Below are positions 11,346 through 23,085 of a DNA stretch of 64,000 nucleotides, in pieces. The notes under the pieces were generated by a model. The model saw only the letters and a list, made by a program, of their open reading frames with translations. It had not been told where the DNA came from and ran no database searches. The stretch is taken from positions 20-64,019 of the forward strand of contig CBFIDX010000007.1 in NCBI GenBank assembly GCA_965661505.1. Reading direction: 5' to 3'. Origin of the DNA: Flavobacteriales bacterium (GTDB taxonomy: Bacteria; Bacteroidota; Bacteroidia; Flavobacteriales; UBA7312). A program made the translations under genes and the position numbers. Within the stretch, counting starts at the first letter, position 1, and each line of letters begins with the position of its first letter.

Positions 11346-13730
11346 ATGTGGTCAGTAACGGCACGTGTTATTTTAAGATTCAGAGCAGTATTTATTTGGC
11401 TTATTGTTGCCATGACTTTTTTCATGTTTCAGCAATCAAAAAAAGCGGAATTATCCTACACAATGGCTCGCTTACTGCCAAGTGATTCAGAAACCCAGTT
11501 AGACTACAATTACTTTGTTGAACGTTTTGGAGAACGAGATAACATCATGATTATTGGTGTTCAGGATTCTACTTTTTTTGAACTCAATCATTTTCTTTCT
11601 TGGCAACAACTCTCTGATACCCTTCGAAGTATTGAAGGGGTTAAACAGGTAACTTCCATTTCTGATGCGGTTTATTTTACGAAAGATACGGATGAAAAAT
11701 TGTTTTTATCAGCGAAGGTCTTTGGTGATATAAAAACACAAAAATTACTAAATCAGTCTGTTGAGAGGTATAAGAGTTTGCCTTTTTATAAAGATTTATT
11801 TTTTAACGAATCTACTTACGCTGCTGCAATGTTGGTTGCAATAGACGAGGATGTTTTAAAATCTGAAGCTCGTACTCCACTAGTAACTAAAATTGTTGAT
11901 CACAGTCAAAAGCACTTTGAACGGACAAACATAGCATTACATTATTCAGGCTTGCCTTATCTGCGTGTAATAAATTCTGAGTTGATAAAACAAGAAATAG
12001 CTTTGTTTATTTTCTTAGCACTGCTAGTAACAGCCATCATATTATTGCTATTTTTTAAGTCTTATAAACCCGTTTTAATTTCTATCCTAGTAGTTGCAAT
12101 TGGTGTAATATGGTCTTTTGGTACGCTAGGATTATTGCAATATAAAATTACCATACTGTCTGCTATAATACCTCCATTATTAATCGTAATTGGTGTTCCC
12201 AATTGTATCTTTTTAATTAACAAATACCACAACGAATTTAAACGACACGGCAATAAAGCAAAATCGTTAAGCAGAATGATTCGAAAGATCGGTAATGTTA
12301 CCATTTTAACCAATACTACCACTGCGCTAGGTTTTGCAACGTTCATACTAACCTCAAGCAGAGACTTAAGAGAGTTTGGGTTAGTTGCTTCGATAAATAT
12401 TTTAGCAGTTTTTATACTTTCTCTTTTATTGATTCCTATCATTTTTAGTTACCTCAAGCCTCCCAAGAAAAAACATACCCAACACCTAGATAGAGAATGG
12501 ATGTTATCGGTGATTCAAAAATTGATTTTTTGGGTAACACACCGCAGAACCGTTGTTTATGTTTGGACTATTTTATTAGTATTTTTTGGAATAGTAGGAG
12601 TGTTTAAAGCAAAAACAACCGGTAATATCACCGATGATATTCCAAAGTCATCGGCATTGTATCAAGATGCAAAGTTTTTTGAAAAACACTTTACATCAGT
12701 GCTCCCTTTTGAAATAATAATTGATACCCATCGTAAAAATGGAATCACCAAACTTTCTACGCTTAAAAGGTTGAACCAATTACAAGACACGCTGAAAACC
12801 TATCCGTCATTATCAAGGTCTCTCTCGGTATTGGATGTGGTAAAATTTTCTAAGCAAGCCTTTTACAATGGCAATTCAGGCTTTTATAGTTTACCCAACT
12901 CTCAGGAAAAAAATTGGCTGTTATCGTATACCCAGGCCACTAAAGATCAACAAGAATGGTCAAACTCATATGTAGATGAAACTATGCAAGTAGGCAGGGT
13001 AAGTGTGCAGCTTGCCGATATTGGCACCTCTCAGATGGAGGTGTTGAAACAAAAGTTAAAAAAACAAATCAATGAAATTTTTGAGGTCGAAAAATACGAT
13101 GTGAAGTTAACAGGAACAAGTGTGGTTTTTCTTGAAGGCACTACCTACCTAGTACGTAATCTATTTATTAGTTTATTTTTAGCAGTTCTTTTAATTTCAT
13201 TATTTATGGCTTGGATGTTCAATTCATTTAGAATGGTAGTTGTTTCGTTAATTCCTAATCTAATTCCTCTGTTGTTAACCGCTGCAATAATGGGTTATTT
13301 TGGAGTGCCTATTAAGCCATCAACAATTTTAGTTTTTAGTATTGCCTTTGGCATATCCGTTGATGATACCATTCACTTTTTAGCTAAATATCGTCAAGAA
13401 TTAAAGGCTAGAAAATACAATATACGATCGGCAGTTTTGGCTGCAATAAAAGAAACAGGAGTGAGCATGCTCTATACATCTATTGTACTTTTCTTTGGAT
13501 TTTTTATCTTTATCGCTTCTCAATTTGGTGGTACAGTAGCATTGGGTTTATTAGTTTCTATTACCTTGTTAATAGCAATGCTTTCTAATTTAGTAGTGCT
13601 ACCAGCCTTATTGCTAACACTTGAGAAGTCTGTTCATTTAGAGGCATTTAGAGAACCACTTTTAGATGTTTTTGATGAAGAGGAGGACATTGATTTAAGA
13701 GAACTAACATTAAAAAGCGAAGAACAATGA
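11346..13730 (+). CDS. MMPL/RND-family transporter
   Basis: Two repeats of TM bundle plus periplasmic loop; [12 protein letters not shown] motif. Confidence 0.85.
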   Translation: MWSVTARVILRFRAVFIWLIVAMTFFMFQQSKKAELSYTMARLLPSDSETQLDYNYFVERFGERDNIMIIGVQDSTFFELNHFLSWQQLSDTLRSIEGVKQVTSISDAVYFTKDTDEKLFLSAKVFGDIKTQKLLNQSVERYKSLPFYKDLFFNESTYAAAMLVAIDEDVLKSEARTPLVTKIVDHSQKHFERTNIALHYSGLPYLRVINSELIKQEIALFIFLALLVTAIILLLFFKSYKPVLISILVVAIGVIWSFGTLGLLQYKITILSAIIPPLLIVIGVPNCIFLINKYHNEFKRHGNKAKSLSRMIRKIGNVTILTNTTTALGFATFILTSSRDLREFGLVASINILAVFILSLLLIPIIFSYLKPPKKKHTQHLDREWMLSVIQKLIFWVTHRRTVVYVWTILLVFFGIVGVFKAKTTGNITDDIPKSSALYQDAKFFEKHFTSVLPFEIIIDTHRKNGITKLSTLKRLNQLQDTLKTYPSLSRSLSVLDVVKFSKQAFYNGNSGFYSLPNSQEKNWLLSYTQATKDQQEWSNSYVDETMQVGRVSVQLADIGTSQMEVLKQKLKKQINEIFEVEKYDVKLTGTSVVFLEGTTYLVRNLFISLFLAVLLISLFMAWMFNSFRMVVVSLIPNLIPLLLTAAIMGYFGVPIKPSTILVFSIAFGISVDDTIHFLAKYRQELKARKYNIRSAVLAAIKETGVSMLYTSIVLFFGFFIFIASQFGGTVALGLLVSITLLIAMLSNLVVLPALLLTLEKSVHLEAFREPLLDVFDEEEDIDLRELTLKSEEQ

Positions 13731-14584
13731 AAGGAATCATTTTAGCTGGAGGAGCAGGCACACGATTACATCCGTTAACCCTAGCAATCAGTAAGCAAAT
13801 GATGCCTGTTTATGATAAGCCCATGATTTATTACCCTCTATCTACGCTTATTTTCTCAGGAATTAGAGACATACTTATCATTTCAACTCCTCATGATTTA
13901 CCACTTTTCGAAAAGCTTTTGGGCGATGGTTCTCAGATAGGGTGTAATATTCAGTACAAAGTTCAAGAAGAGCCTAATGGGCTTGCTCAAGCCTTTGTCA
14001 TAGGGGAAGATTTTATCGGCAATGATCGTGTATGCTTAATTTTAGGAGACAATATTTTTTATATGAAAAGACGCATACTTGAATCATGTCAAAACGTACA
14101 GGGCGGGGTTGTTTTTGGTTACCATGTAAATGACCCTGAGCGCTATGGTGTTGTTGAATATGATGATAACTACAAAGCAATTTCAATTGAAGAAAAGCCA
14201 ACTGAGCCAAAATCTAATTATGCTGTTCCAGGGTTGTATTACTATGATAACGATGTTGTAGACATTGCAAAAAACATCAAACCTTCAGCTAGAGGAGAGT
14301 ACGAAATAACAGATGTCAATCGATGCTACTTAGCAATGGGAAAGCTTGAAGTTAGGTTGTTAGGAAGAGGCACCGCATGGCTTGATACAGGCACTTTTAA
14401 CTCGTTAATGCAGGCAAGTCAGTTTGTACAAGTAATTGAAGACAGACAAGGTAGAAAAATCGGCTGTATTGAGGAGGCGGCCTACAAAATGAACTTTATA
14501 GATGCTGAGCAATTAGAAAAATTAGCACAACCCTTACTCAAAAGCGGTTATGGTGATTATTTAATGAACCTAATTAAAAAATAG
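13727..14584 (+). CDS. rfbA: Glucose-1-phosphate thymidylyltransferase
   Basis: [50 protein letters not shown]. Confidence 0.95.
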   Translation: MKGIILAGGAGTRLHPLTLAISKQMMPVYDKPMIYYPLSTLIFSGIRDILIISTPHDLPLFEKLLGDGSQIGCNIQYKVQEEPNGLAQAFVIGEDFIGNDRVCLILGDNIFYMKRRILESCQNVQGGVVFGYHVNDPERYGVVEYDDNYKAISIEEKPTEPKSNYAVPGLYYYDNDVVDIAKNIKPSARGEYEITDVNRCYLAMGKLEVRLLGRGTAWLDTGTFNSLMQASQFVQVIEDRQGRKIGCIEEAAYKMNFIDAEQLEKLAQPLLKSGYGDYLMNLIKK

Positions 14585-15550
14585 ATGAAGTCAATAGTAG
14601 AGCTTCGACAACAAATAGAAAAAGAGATAGCAGCTATTTCTTATCCAACTTCCCCCAATGATTTATACAGCCCTATCGATTATATTTTGGCCTTAGGAGG
14701 TAAGCGAATGCGTCCAATATTATTACTACTAGCTCATCAATTGTATAATTCAAATATCCAACCAGCCTTAAAAGCCGCATTAGCAATAGAGGTTTTTCAT
14801 AACTTCACTCTTTTGCATGACGATATTATGGACAAAGCCCCTTTAAGAAGAGGGCAGAAAACAGTACACGAAAAATGGAATACCAATGTAGCGATACTTT
14901 CAGGAGACACAATGTTGGTGCAAGCATATCAATATGTATCTCAAGTACCAGAGCCTGTTTTAAAGAAGGTTTTGAGTGTGTTTAGCAAAACAGCTGTACA
15001 AGTGTGTGAGGGTCAACAATGGGATATGGAGTTTGAAAATAGAGTAGATGTTAGTGTTTCGGACTATTTAAAAATGATTGAGTTTAAGACAGCAGTTTTA
15101 TTAGCGGGTGCATTAAAAATTGGTGCCCTCACAGCAGGAGCTAATGAAACTCAAGCTCAACATTTGTATGAATTTGGTAGAAATATGGGAATGGCTTTTC
15201 AGCTTAAGGACGACTTGTTAGATGTTTTTGGCGATCAAGAAAAATTTGGAAAACAAGTTGGGGGAGATATTTTATCTAATAAGAAGACTTATTTATACCT
15301 TCAGTCATTAGCCCTTGCTGAAGGAACGCAAAAAGAAACTTTGCAATATTGGTTTTCTTCAAAGAAACACAACGATCAAGAAAAAGTTAATGCGGTAAAA
15401 TCAATCTATACAGAGTTAAAAATACCTGATTTGACAAAAGCATTAATGCATAAATATCATGATGCTGCTTTAGCCCATCTAGGCGTTATTGAGGGGGATA
15501 AGAGTGGTTTGAAGCAGTTTGCAAATAGCTTACTGGAGCGGGAAAGTTAA
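14585..15550 (+). CDS. Polyprenyl diphosphate synthase (IspA/CrtE family)
   Basis: GGKRMRP, LHDDIMD..RRG, EGQQWD, FQLKDDLLD. Confidence 0.92.
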   Translation: MKSIVELRQQIEKEIAAISYPTSPNDLYSPIDYILALGGKRMRPILLLLAHQLYNSNIQPALKAALAIEVFHNFTLLHDDIMDKAPLRRGQKTVHEKWNTNVAILSGDTMLVQAYQYVSQVPEPVLKKVLSVFSKTAVQVCEGQQWDMEFENRVDVSVSDYLKMIEFKTAVLLAGALKIGALTAGANETQAQHLYEFGRNMGMAFQLKDDLLDVFGDQEKFGKQVGGDILSNKKTYLYLQSLALAEGTQKETLQYWFSSKKHNDQEKVNAVKSIYTELKIPDLTKALMHKYHDAALAHLGVIEGDKSGLKQFANSLLERES

Positions 15551-15936
15551 TGAAGTTTCCCGCAAAAGATTCGCATTCCTACCTCTTGCAAAAGAAATGG
15601 CTACTACCAACGATTAGACAAATACAAAAAGATCTTTCTTTCCAAAACCTAGCCTTAACACTCGGCTCTAACCCATCCTTTAGTGAGTTAAAAGAACAAC
15701 TTCTTATACTTCTAATAGACTTGGAGGCTAATGATCATCAGGTACTCAAAAACGTATTGTATCAGGTAGATTTAGACGAACGTCATATTAGGAAGTCAAT
15801 GTTAATGTCTTCAGATCAATCATTCTGCGAAGTTCTTTCGTTACTACTTATCAAAAGATGTTTTCAAAAAGTTTGGACAAGGCTTCATTTTTCTAATACT
15901 GAAAATAGGAGTTCAGATGGACTTCTGAATCAATAA
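15550..15936 (+). CDS. Hypothetical protein
   Basis: 128-aa ORF coupled by TAATG overlap; QIQKD and LYQVDL motifs recall a small conserved Bacteroidota family. Confidence 0.65.
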   Translation: MKFPAKDSHSYLLQKKWLLPTIRQIQKDLSFQNLALTLGSNPSFSELKEQLLILLIDLEANDHQVLKNVLYQVDLDERHIRKSMLMSSDQSFCEVLSLLLIKRCFQKVWTRLHFSNTENRSSDGLLNQ

Positions 15937-15972
15937 ATTTAAATAATTTTGTTGTTTAACTTTAGTTAATTA

Positions 15973-18675
15973 ATGGATAAGTATTCTTTCATTGGGGCAG
16001 TGCACTCTAACATGATTGAGATGATGTATGACAAATACATCCAAAACCCCGAAAGCATAGAGGAAGGGTGGCGTAATTTTTTTCAAGGATTTGATTTTGC
16101 AAAAGAAGTCTATTCCGAAGAGGATGATGTTCCGGAAACATTTAAGAAAGAATTCCGAGTTGTAAATCTGATTAATGCCTATCGAAAAAGAGGACATTTG
16201 TTTACTAAGACAAACCCTGTTCGAGAGAGAAGAAAGTACACTCCAACACTAGCATTAGAGCATTTTGAATTAGAAAAGGCTGATTTAGAAACCATCTTTC
16301 AAGCTGGTTCCATAGTAGGTATTGGCCCATCTACTTTGCAAGAGATCATAGCGCATCTAGAGCAAGTTTATTGCCAGTCTATTGGTGTTGAGTACATGTA
16401 TATCCGTAAGCCAGAAGAGGTAGAGTGGATAAAAAACAGACTACATCAAAACAATAACACACCTACTTTTGATGTAAATCAAAAACAACACATCTTACAT
16501 AAATTAAACCAAGCCACTGCTTTTGAAAGTTTTTTACACACCAAATATGTTGGACAAAAACGGTTTTCTTTAGAGGGAGCCGAATCACTAATACCAGCAT
16601 TAGATGCCTTGATAGAAAAAGGAGCTGAATTGGGTGTTGAAGAGTATGTAATGGGAATGGCTCACAGAGGTCGGTTAAATGTATTAGCCAATATTTTTAA
16701 TAAGACTTATAAAGATATTTTTTCTGAGTTCGAAGGCAAAGAATATGAAGAAAGACTTTTTGATGGCGATGTTAAATATCATTTAGGGTTTACTTCTGAG
16801 CAGACATGTGATAATGGCAAAAAGGTCACTTTATCGCTTTCTCCAAATCCTTCTCACCTTGAGGCTGTTGATCCAGTTGTTGAAGGTATTTCAAGAGCAA
16901 AAATAGACGAAAAGTATGCCGGTGATAGTACTAAGTTAGTTCCAATTTTACTGCACGGTGATGCAGCCTTGGCAGGGCAGGGGGTTGTATATGAAGTAAT
17001 CCAAATGGCACAGCTCGATGGTTATAAAACTGGAGGAACCATCCACATTGCCATAAATAACCAAATAGGTTTTACTACTAATTACTTAGATGCTAGATCA
17101 AGCACTTATTGTACCGATGTGGCAAAAGTTACTTTATCTCCCGTTTTTCATGTCAACGGAGACGATCCAGAAGCAGTTGTACATGCTATGCAAATAGCAA
17201 CTGAGTACCGCCAAAAATTTAAGAAAGATGTATTCATCGACCTATTGTGTTATCGAAAATATGGACACAATGAAGGGGATGAACCACGTTTTACCCAACC
17301 CTTACTATATAAAGCAATTTCTAAGCATAAAAACCCCCGCGAGATTTACAATCAAAAGTTGATGAGTGAAGGAGTGGTTGAAGCCAATATTGCAAAAGAA
17401 ATGGAAGCGGAGTTTAAGTTGCTTCTTCAGGAACGGTTTGATGAATCTAAAGAGCTTGAAAAGGCTTTTATTACTCCTTTTTTAGGCCAGGAATGGAAAA
17501 GTTTTAAAAAAGCAACAGCCCAAGACTTTATTGCCTCGCCAGAAACAGGTGTTTCTCAAGAAGAGTTGCAATCTGTAGCTAAAAAAATATATGATATCCC
17601 TGAGGTAAATAAGCTCTTTAAAAAATCACAACGATTATTATCCGATCGTAAGAAGATGTTTGAAGAAACAAAAAAGCTTGATTGGGCGATGGGAGAATTG
17701 TTAGCCTATGGAACTTTATTAAAAGAAGGTCATCCTGTTAGGCTTAGTGGACAAGATGTGGAAAGAGGAACATTTTCGCACCGCCATGCGGTACTAAAAT
17801 TAGAAGCATCTGAAAAAGAAATTTGTCCATTGAATAACATCAGTGAAAACGCAAAATTCACCGCTTATAACTCCTTGCTTTCGGAGTATGGTGTACTTGG
17901 GTTTGATTACGGATATTCTATGGTAAACCCTAATGTGTTGACAATATGGGAGGCGCAGTTTGGTGATTTTAGCAATGGAGCGCAAATTATGCTCGATCAA
18001 TTTATAAGTGCAGCTGAAGATAAATGGAAAATGATGAACGGCTTAGTGATGTTGCTGCCTCATGGATATGAGGGCCAAGGAGCCGAGCATTCGAGTGCAA
18101 GAATGGAGCGTTATTTACAGCTTTGCGCACAATACAATATGCAAATGGTAAACTGTACAACGCCTGCTAATTTCTTTCATGTGTTGCGCAGACAGTTAAA
18201 ACGTGACTTTCGTAAACCTTTGGTGGTGTTTACACCAAAAAGTTTGTTGCGTCATCCCAGTTGTAACTCTACCATTGAAGAGTTTACAAATGGTAAGTTT
18301 CAAGAAATTATTGATGATTCAATAGACGCTTCATCAGTGAAAAAATTAGTGCTTTGTAGTGGTAAGTTATATTACGAATTGCTACAAGAACGAATAGAAA
18401 ACAAACGAACTGATGTTGCCATTGTTCGGTTAGAACAATTATACCCCATTGCTGAACAACAGCTTCAAAAAATTATAAAAAAGTATAACCCTGAACATCT
18501 TGTGTGGGCGCAAGAAGAGCCAGAAAACATGGGTGCTTGGAGTCATATTTTACGCAGCCTACGTCATTTGCCATTTGAAGTAATTGCGCGAAGTGAGAGT
18601 GCTGCTACTGCTAGTGGATCCAGTAAACGTTCTGCAAAACGACAAAATGAAATTATAAAACAAGTTTTTAAATAG
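15973..18675 (+). CDS. sucA: 2-oxoglutarate dehydrogenase E1
   Basis: KRFSLEG, GMAHRGRLN, HGDAALAGQG, GHNEGDEP, WEAQFGDF, LPHGYEGQGAEHSS. Confidence 0.97.
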   Translation: MDKYSFIGAVHSNMIEMMYDKYIQNPESIEEGWRNFFQGFDFAKEVYSEEDDVPETFKKEFRVVNLINAYRKRGHLFTKTNPVRERRKYTPTLALEHFELEKADLETIFQAGSIVGIGPSTLQEIIAHLEQVYCQSIGVEYMYIRKPEEVEWIKNRLHQNNNTPTFDVNQKQHILHKLNQATAFESFLHTKYVGQKRFSLEGAESLIPALDALIEKGAELGVEEYVMGMAHRGRLNVLANIFNKTYKDIFSEFEGKEYEERLFDGDVKYHLGFTSEQTCDNGKKVTLSLSPNPSHLEAVDPVVEGISRAKIDEKYAGDSTKLVPILLHGDAALAGQGVVYEVIQMAQLDGYKTGGTIHIAINNQIGFTTNYLDARSSTYCTDVAKVTLSPVFHVNGDDPEAVVHAMQIATEYRQKFKKDVFIDLLCYRKYGHNEGDEPRFTQPLLYKAISKHKNPREIYNQKLMSEGVVEANIAKEMEAEFKLLLQERFDESKELEKAFITPFLGQEWKSFKKATAQDFIASPETGVSQEELQSVAKKIYDIPEVNKLFKKSQRLLSDRKKMFEETKKLDWAMGELLAYGTLLKEGHPVRLSGQDVERGTFSHRHAVLKLEASEKEICPLNNISENAKFTAYNSLLSEYGVLGFDYGYSMVNPNVLTIWEAQFGDFSNGAQIMLDQFISAAEDKWKMMNGLVMLLPHGYEGQGAEHSSARMERYLQLCAQYNMQMVNCTTPANFFHVLRRQLKRDFRKPLVVFTPKSLLRHPSCNSTIEEFTNGKFQEIIDDSIDASSVKKLVLCSGKLYYELLQERIENKRTDVAIVRLEQLYPIAEQQLQKIIKKYNPEHLVWAQEEPENMGAWSHILRSLRHLPFEVIARSESAATASGSSKRSAKRQNEIIKQVFK

Positions 18676-18681
18676 AAGAAC

Positions 18682-19875
18682 ATGCTATTAGAAATGAAAG
18701 TTCCCAGTCCTGGAGAGTCTATCTCCGAAGTTGAAATTGCTGCTTGGTTGGTTGAAGAAGGGGAATATGTAGAAAAAGATCAAGAAATAGCCGAAGTTGA
18801 CTCAGACAAAGCTACCCTAGCATTGCCTGCAGAGGCCAGTGGTGCTATTAAAATTCTAGTTGAAGAAGGTGAAACAGTTGCTGTAGGTGATGTTGTTTGC
18901 ATCATCGATACAAGTGTTGAAGGAACAGCTAAAATAGCTGTTGAAAAGAAAACAGAAGATACCTCGCCAGCTACTTCTCTTGCAACTGACAATGCCAACA
19001 ATTCTATAGATGCAAAAGCGACTCCGTTGGCCAAAGAATACATCAAACAAAATGATGTTTCTACTTCTGGTCTTAAAGGATCAGGTGAGGGAGGTAAGAT
19101 TTTAAAAGATGATGTTGTCGAAGCATTAGCCGAGGTTAAAACTGATGGCCCCAGAGGTATTGAACGAAAGAAAATGTCAATGCTACGAAGAAAAGTAGCT
19201 CAACGGCTCGTTTCTGTTAAGAATGATACCGCAATGCTTACAACTTTCAATGAAGTTGATATGAGTGCTATTAATGCTATCCGTAAAGAATTTAAAGAGG
19301 TTTTTAAAGAACAATATGGAGTTGGTTTAGGCTTTATGTCTTTTTTTACTAAAGCGATTACCACTGCCTTAATGGAATTTCCTGATGTAAATGCAATGAT
19401 TGATGGAAAAGAGGTGCAGTATCATAATTACGCAGATATCAGTATTGCGGTAAGCGCGCCAAAAGGGTTGATGGTACCTGTTATTCGTAATGCAGAATTG
19501 ATGAATTTCCAAGAGGTTGAATCGGAGGTAAAGCGTTTGGCAATAAAAGCAAGAGACGGAAAAATTACTCCAGATGAGATGCTTGGAGGAACCTTTACCA
19601 TTACTAATGGAGGTGTTTTTGGTTCCATGTTATCAACGCCTATTATTAACCCTCCTCAATCCGCTATTTTAGGAATGCATAATATTGTTGAGCGACCTGT
19701 AGCTGTAGATGGAAAAGTAGAAATTCGTCCAATTATGTACATCGCTCTATCCTACGATCATCGAATTATTGATGGTCGAGAATCAGTAGGTTTTTTATGT
19801 AGAGTAAAAGAGTGCCTAGAAGATCCAACAACGCATTTGCTTGGAGGAGATATTAAGAAAAGTTTAGGATTATAA
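18682..19875 (+). CDS. sucB: Dihydrolipoyl succinyltransferase E2
   Basis: Lipoyl domain [38 protein letters not shown]. Confidence 0.96.
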   Translation: MLLEMKVPSPGESISEVEIAAWLVEEGEYVEKDQEIAEVDSDKATLALPAEASGAIKILVEEGETVAVGDVVCIIDTSVEGTAKIAVEKKTEDTSPATSLATDNANNSIDAKATPLAKEYIKQNDVSTSGLKGSGEGGKILKDDVVEALAEVKTDGPRGIERKKMSMLRRKVAQRLVSVKNDTAMLTTFNEVDMSAINAIRKEFKEVFKEQYGVGLGFMSFFTKAITTALMEFPDVNAMIDGKEVQYHNYADISIAVSAPKGLMVPVIRNAELMNFQEVESEVKRLAIKARDGKITPDEMLGGTFTITNGGVFGSMLSTPIINPPQSAILGMHNIVERPVAVDGKVEIRPIMYIALSYDHRIIDGRESVGFLCRVKECLEDPTTHLLGGDIKKSLGL

Positions 19876-19880
19876 AATGT

Positions 19881-19906
19881 AAAGCCCTCGAAAGAGGGTT
19901 TTTTTT
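19881..19906 (+). terminator. Intrinsic terminator after sucB
   Basis: AAAGCCCTC-GAAA-GAGGGTTTT plus T-run. Confidence 0.82.
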
Positions 19907-19925
19907 AGCAAGGAACAATAATGGC

Positions 19926-20297
19926 TCAATAAACGCCTGTTTCTGAGTTGTAGCCCACTTCAACACAGTTTTCCAAGGCGTAGATTTTTTTGTACACCCA
20001 TTTTGCGAAATCAATTCTGGTTTCACTTTCGTAATCGTATTCCTTTTCAGCTCTTGCGTTTTGGGGGCTTCCACTACGCCACTCAACGCCATCGTCTTTG
20101 AGTTGTAAGAACAATAGGTCTCCTTCTTGGTAGGTGTCATAAAATAAATAAAGTCCATTTCTAAAATTGATGAAGTCCTGATCAACTTCTATCGATGTGG
20201 TATTGTCTATAACTGAATGTTCAATATTTTTTTCGCAGCTTAATAGGCTGTAGGATAATACTAAAAAAAACAAAAAGGTAAGGGTAAGATTTTTCAT
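19926..20297 (-). CDS. Hypothetical lipoprotein
   Basis: Signal peptide ending LLSC-EK lipobox; no recognisable domain. Confidence 0.6.
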   Translation of the reverse strand: MKNLTLTFLFFLVLSYSLLSCEKNIEHSVIDNTTSIEVDQDFINFRNGLYLFYDTYQEGDLLFLQLKDDGVEWRSGSPQNARAEKEYDYESETRIDFAKWVYKKIYALENCVEVGYNSETGVY

Positions 20298-20358
20298 AGT
20301 CTATGATTTTAACGTTCGTGCTATAAACCTATATAAAAAAACAAAGAACTCCAAATTA

Positions 20359-21060
20359 TTACTGGAAGTAATACCTAAAATCAATCGTTAAAAAGTTCCC
20401 TAAGACATCTATATAGTAAGCATCTGTACTTGGAGCTTGTTCGTTAAAATCGTCATATTCAGGATAAATTCTCCCGATTTCCTTCCATGGCCTATGAAGA
20501 GAAGTTCCTACATAAAAGATGCCATTTCTTTTAGTTCTAAACTCAGCTCCAATATTAGCTAACATAGCCATCTGTATTCTTTTTCTTTTGAGTGTGTTTT
20601 GAATAAATTGGTAATCTGCTTCTCCTTCCGAATATACATCAGAAGCAAAAATATTATGAGAAAAGCCAAAAGCTACGTTTAAATAAACATCGTTAGATAC
20701 TTGTACATAAGTAAGCAGTTGATAAGGTATTTCGTAAGACCTTATACTAAAAGTTGTGTAGTCATTTAAACTAATGTAGTTGTTTACGGTACTTAATTGA
20801 AGGTTTCGATCAATGTAATTAATTCCTGTTTCAAAAAAGAATGTTTTGTTTAATTCTGTTCTGACAACCATCCCCAAGGAGTAGCTGTATTTTGGGGCTA
20901 AATTAAATTGATAACCTTCCCAACTAGCACTGCTATTACTGGCATCAAAATAAGCAGCAGGTATAATCGGTTTATATTGAAGGCCAAATACTGTGCTATT
21001 TTCTTGTGCTTGCACTACAGAGATAAAGCAACAACAAATGCTTACAATTCTTTTAATCAT
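20359..21060 (-). CDS. Outer-membrane beta-barrel protein
   Basis: Signal peptide, amphipathic aromatic strands, C-terminal DFRYYF. Confidence 0.7.
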   Translation of the reverse strand: MIKRIVSICCCFISVVQAQENSTVFGLQYKPIIPAAYFDASNSSASWEGYQFNLAPKYSYSLGMVVRTELNKTFFFETGINYIDRNLQLSTVNNYISLNDYTTFSIRSYEIPYQLLTYVQVSNDVYLNVAFGFSHNIFASDVYSEGEADYQFIQNTLKRKRIQMAMLANIGAEFRTKRNGIFYVGTSLHRPWKEIGRIYPEYDDFNEQAPSTDAYYIDVLGNFLTIDFRYYFQ

Positions 21061-21661
21061 TATCGGCCACTACTTCTTTAACTTCATTTGGCATCATTTT
21101 TTTAAGCAAGCCTTCAATACCTCCTTTTAATGTTTGTGATGAGGATGGGCATCCGCTGCAGGCACCTTGTAAGGAAACGGTAACAATACCATTTTCGTAT
21201 TTTTTCAAAGAGATGAATCCACCATCTTGTTCTACCGCTGGACGTACATACTCATCCAATAAATCAGCAATTTTTTGTTCCACTTCATTAAACACTCTTT
21301 TTAACTCCTCTTTGTGTTGTATAACCGGAATATCTTCTTTAGCCTGGGCGCTTTCTTTAACAACAAGTCCTCCACCCACAAGGTAATCTCTGATGAATTC
21401 ACGCATTTCCATCACAATATCACCCCACTCAATACTATTTTCTTTTTTGCTAATAGACACAAAGTTGTTGCTAATGAAAATACTGTTAACAAAAGGAAAT
21501 CCGAACAACTCTAACGCTAAGGGAGAGTCGATTGCTTCGGCTCGATTATTAAATTCATAAATGTGTGTATCTACTAGCATTTTATTTGCGGTAAACTTCA
21601 TTACGTTGGGGTTGGGTGTAGCCTCTGCATATAATGAAACAGGAATTTTTGTGGTACTCAT
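21053..21661 (-). CDS. NifU/NfuA-family Fe-S cluster scaffold
   Basis: EATPNPNVMKF N-domain, VRPAVEQDGG, GACSGCPSS. Confidence 0.93.
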   Translation of the reverse strand: MSTTKIPVSLYAEATPNPNVMKFTANKMLVDTHIYEFNNRAEAIDSPLALELFGFPFVNSIFISNNFVSISKKENSIEWGDIVMEMREFIRDYLVGGGLVVKESAQAKEDIPVIQHKEELKRVFNEVEQKIADLLDEYVRPAVEQDGGFISLKKYENGIVTVSLQGACSGCPSSSQTLKGGIEGLLKKMMPNEVKEVVADND

Positions 21662-21723
21662 AATTGTATGATTTAGTTTACAAATTTAAGCCATTCTTTT
21701 ATCTTTGAAACAAATGATATAAG

Positions 21724-22239
21724 ATGACTTTAATCAAAGAAGTGAGAGGGCATAAACCTATTTTTGGTGCGAATGTGTTTTTAGCAGAAAATGCTACTGT
21801 AGTTGGAGAAGTACAAATGGGAGATCATTGTTCTGTTTGGTTCAATGCTGTAATACGCGGAGATGTGCATTATATTAAAATAGGAGACAAGGTTAATATT
21901 CAGGACGGTGCAGTAATACATTGCACCTATCAAAAGGCAGCTACCACAATAGGAAATAATGTTTCTATTGGGCATAATGCCTTAGTACATGGTTGTACTA
22001 TTCATGATAATGTTCTGATAGGGATGGGAGCCATTGTGATGGATGGTGTGGTAATAGAAACGAATAGTATTATTGCAGCTGGCGCGGTAGTTTTAGAAGG
22101 AACACATGTTCGTTCCGGAAGCATTTATGCAGGTGTTCCTGCTAAAAAAGTGAAGGAGTTAAGTAAAGAGCAGATGGCTAGCCTAATTGATGGTGTTGCA
22201 GATAATTACGTGATGTATGCATCTTGGTTTACAGCTTAA
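21724..22239 (+). CDS. Gamma-carbonic anhydrase-like hexapeptide repeat protein
   Basis: VIRGD, NIQDGAVIH, IGHNALVHGC; TATCTTTG promoter at 21700-21707. Confidence 0.92.
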   Translation: MTLIKEVRGHKPIFGANVFLAENATVVGEVQMGDHCSVWFNAVIRGDVHYIKIGDKVNIQDGAVIHCTYQKAATTIGNNVSIGHNALVHGCTIHDNVLIGMGAIVMDGVVIETNSIIAAGAVVLEGTHVRSGSIYAGVPAKKVKELSKEQMASLIDGVADNYVMYASWFTA

Positions 22240-23023
22240 CTTCTTCTAAAGATATTTTTTCATGAAAAAATAATTTAGCTGATTGCTCAAAAGACCTTGT
22301 GTAATCAGAAACAAAAAAGCGATGTTCTTTTTTTTGATTATTGAGCAGGTTTTTGTTTTCTAATTGATGTTTCACAGTTAAAGCAACTTGAGAAGCAGAA
22401 TCAATAATCTCTACTTTTCCTTGATAATATTCTTGAATAGCCTCTTGAATAAGTGGATAATGAGTACAAGCTAAAATTAGTTTTTGAATCTTATTCAAAG
22501 CCTCATTGCTGAGATAAGACTCAATAACGGTACGACTCAACCGATCGTTAAAAAAACCTTCTTCAACCATGGGTGCTAACAGTGGTGTAGCTAAAGAAAC
22601 TACTTGTGTATTAGGTTTTAGTTGTTGTATTTTTTTAGGATACACTTTTGTTTGAGTTGTTCTCTTAGTACCGATTACACCAATGCGACAATTTGTGGAT
22701 AACGAAGCAATGTAGTCTATAACAGGATCAATAACATTAATGACAGGAACACCTGCTGCAGTTTGTTCTACAACATGATTAGCTACCGAAGATGCTGTAT
22801 TACAAGCAATCACAATCATTTTACAACCTTTTGTTAAAAGAAAAGCTGTGATTTTTTCTGAAAACTCTTGAATGGCTTCTGTTGATTTTTCACCATAGGG
22901 AAGGTGTTGGGTATCGCCAAAGTAAAGGATGCTTTCGTTAGGAAGCGTCTTTTGTATTGCGTTTGCTACTGTAAGACCGCCAATGCCTGAATCAAAAATC
23001 CCTATGGGTAAATTCTTTTTCAC
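22229..23023 (-). CDS. murI: Glutamate racemase
   Basis: FDSGIGGLTV, PYGEKS, IACNTAS, LACTHYP. Confidence 0.96.
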   Translation of the reverse strand: MKKNLPIGIFDSGIGGLTVANAIQKTLPNESILYFGDTQHLPYGEKSTEAIQEFSEKITAFLLTKGCKMIVIACNTASSVANHVVEQTAAGVPVINVIDPVIDYIASLSTNCRIGVIGTKRTTQTKVYPKKIQQLKPNTQVVSLATPLLAPMVEEGFFNDRLSRTVIESYLSNEALNKIQKLILACTHYPLIQEAIQEYYQGKVEIIDSASQVALTVKHQLENKNLLNNQKKEHRFFVSDYTRSFEQSAKLFFHEKISLEEVKL

Positions 23024-23038
23024 TGTCCGAAGTTACAT

Positions 23039-23067
23039 AAAAAAAGCAGCTCAATTGAGCTGCTTTT
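23039..23067 (-). terminator. Intrinsic terminator after second skp gene
   Basis: AAAAGCAGCTC-AATT-GAGCTGCTTTT hairpin; A-run gives U-tail on minus strand. Confidence 0.75.
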
Positions 23068-23085
23068 CTAAAATGGGTTTGACTA

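Noticed and set aside
19853-20185. 110-aa ORF overlapping the 19926-20297 lipoprotein, suggesting a frameshift or dual coding
   Set aside because: It runs through the sucB terminator into sucB, while the lipoprotein frame is complete on its own.
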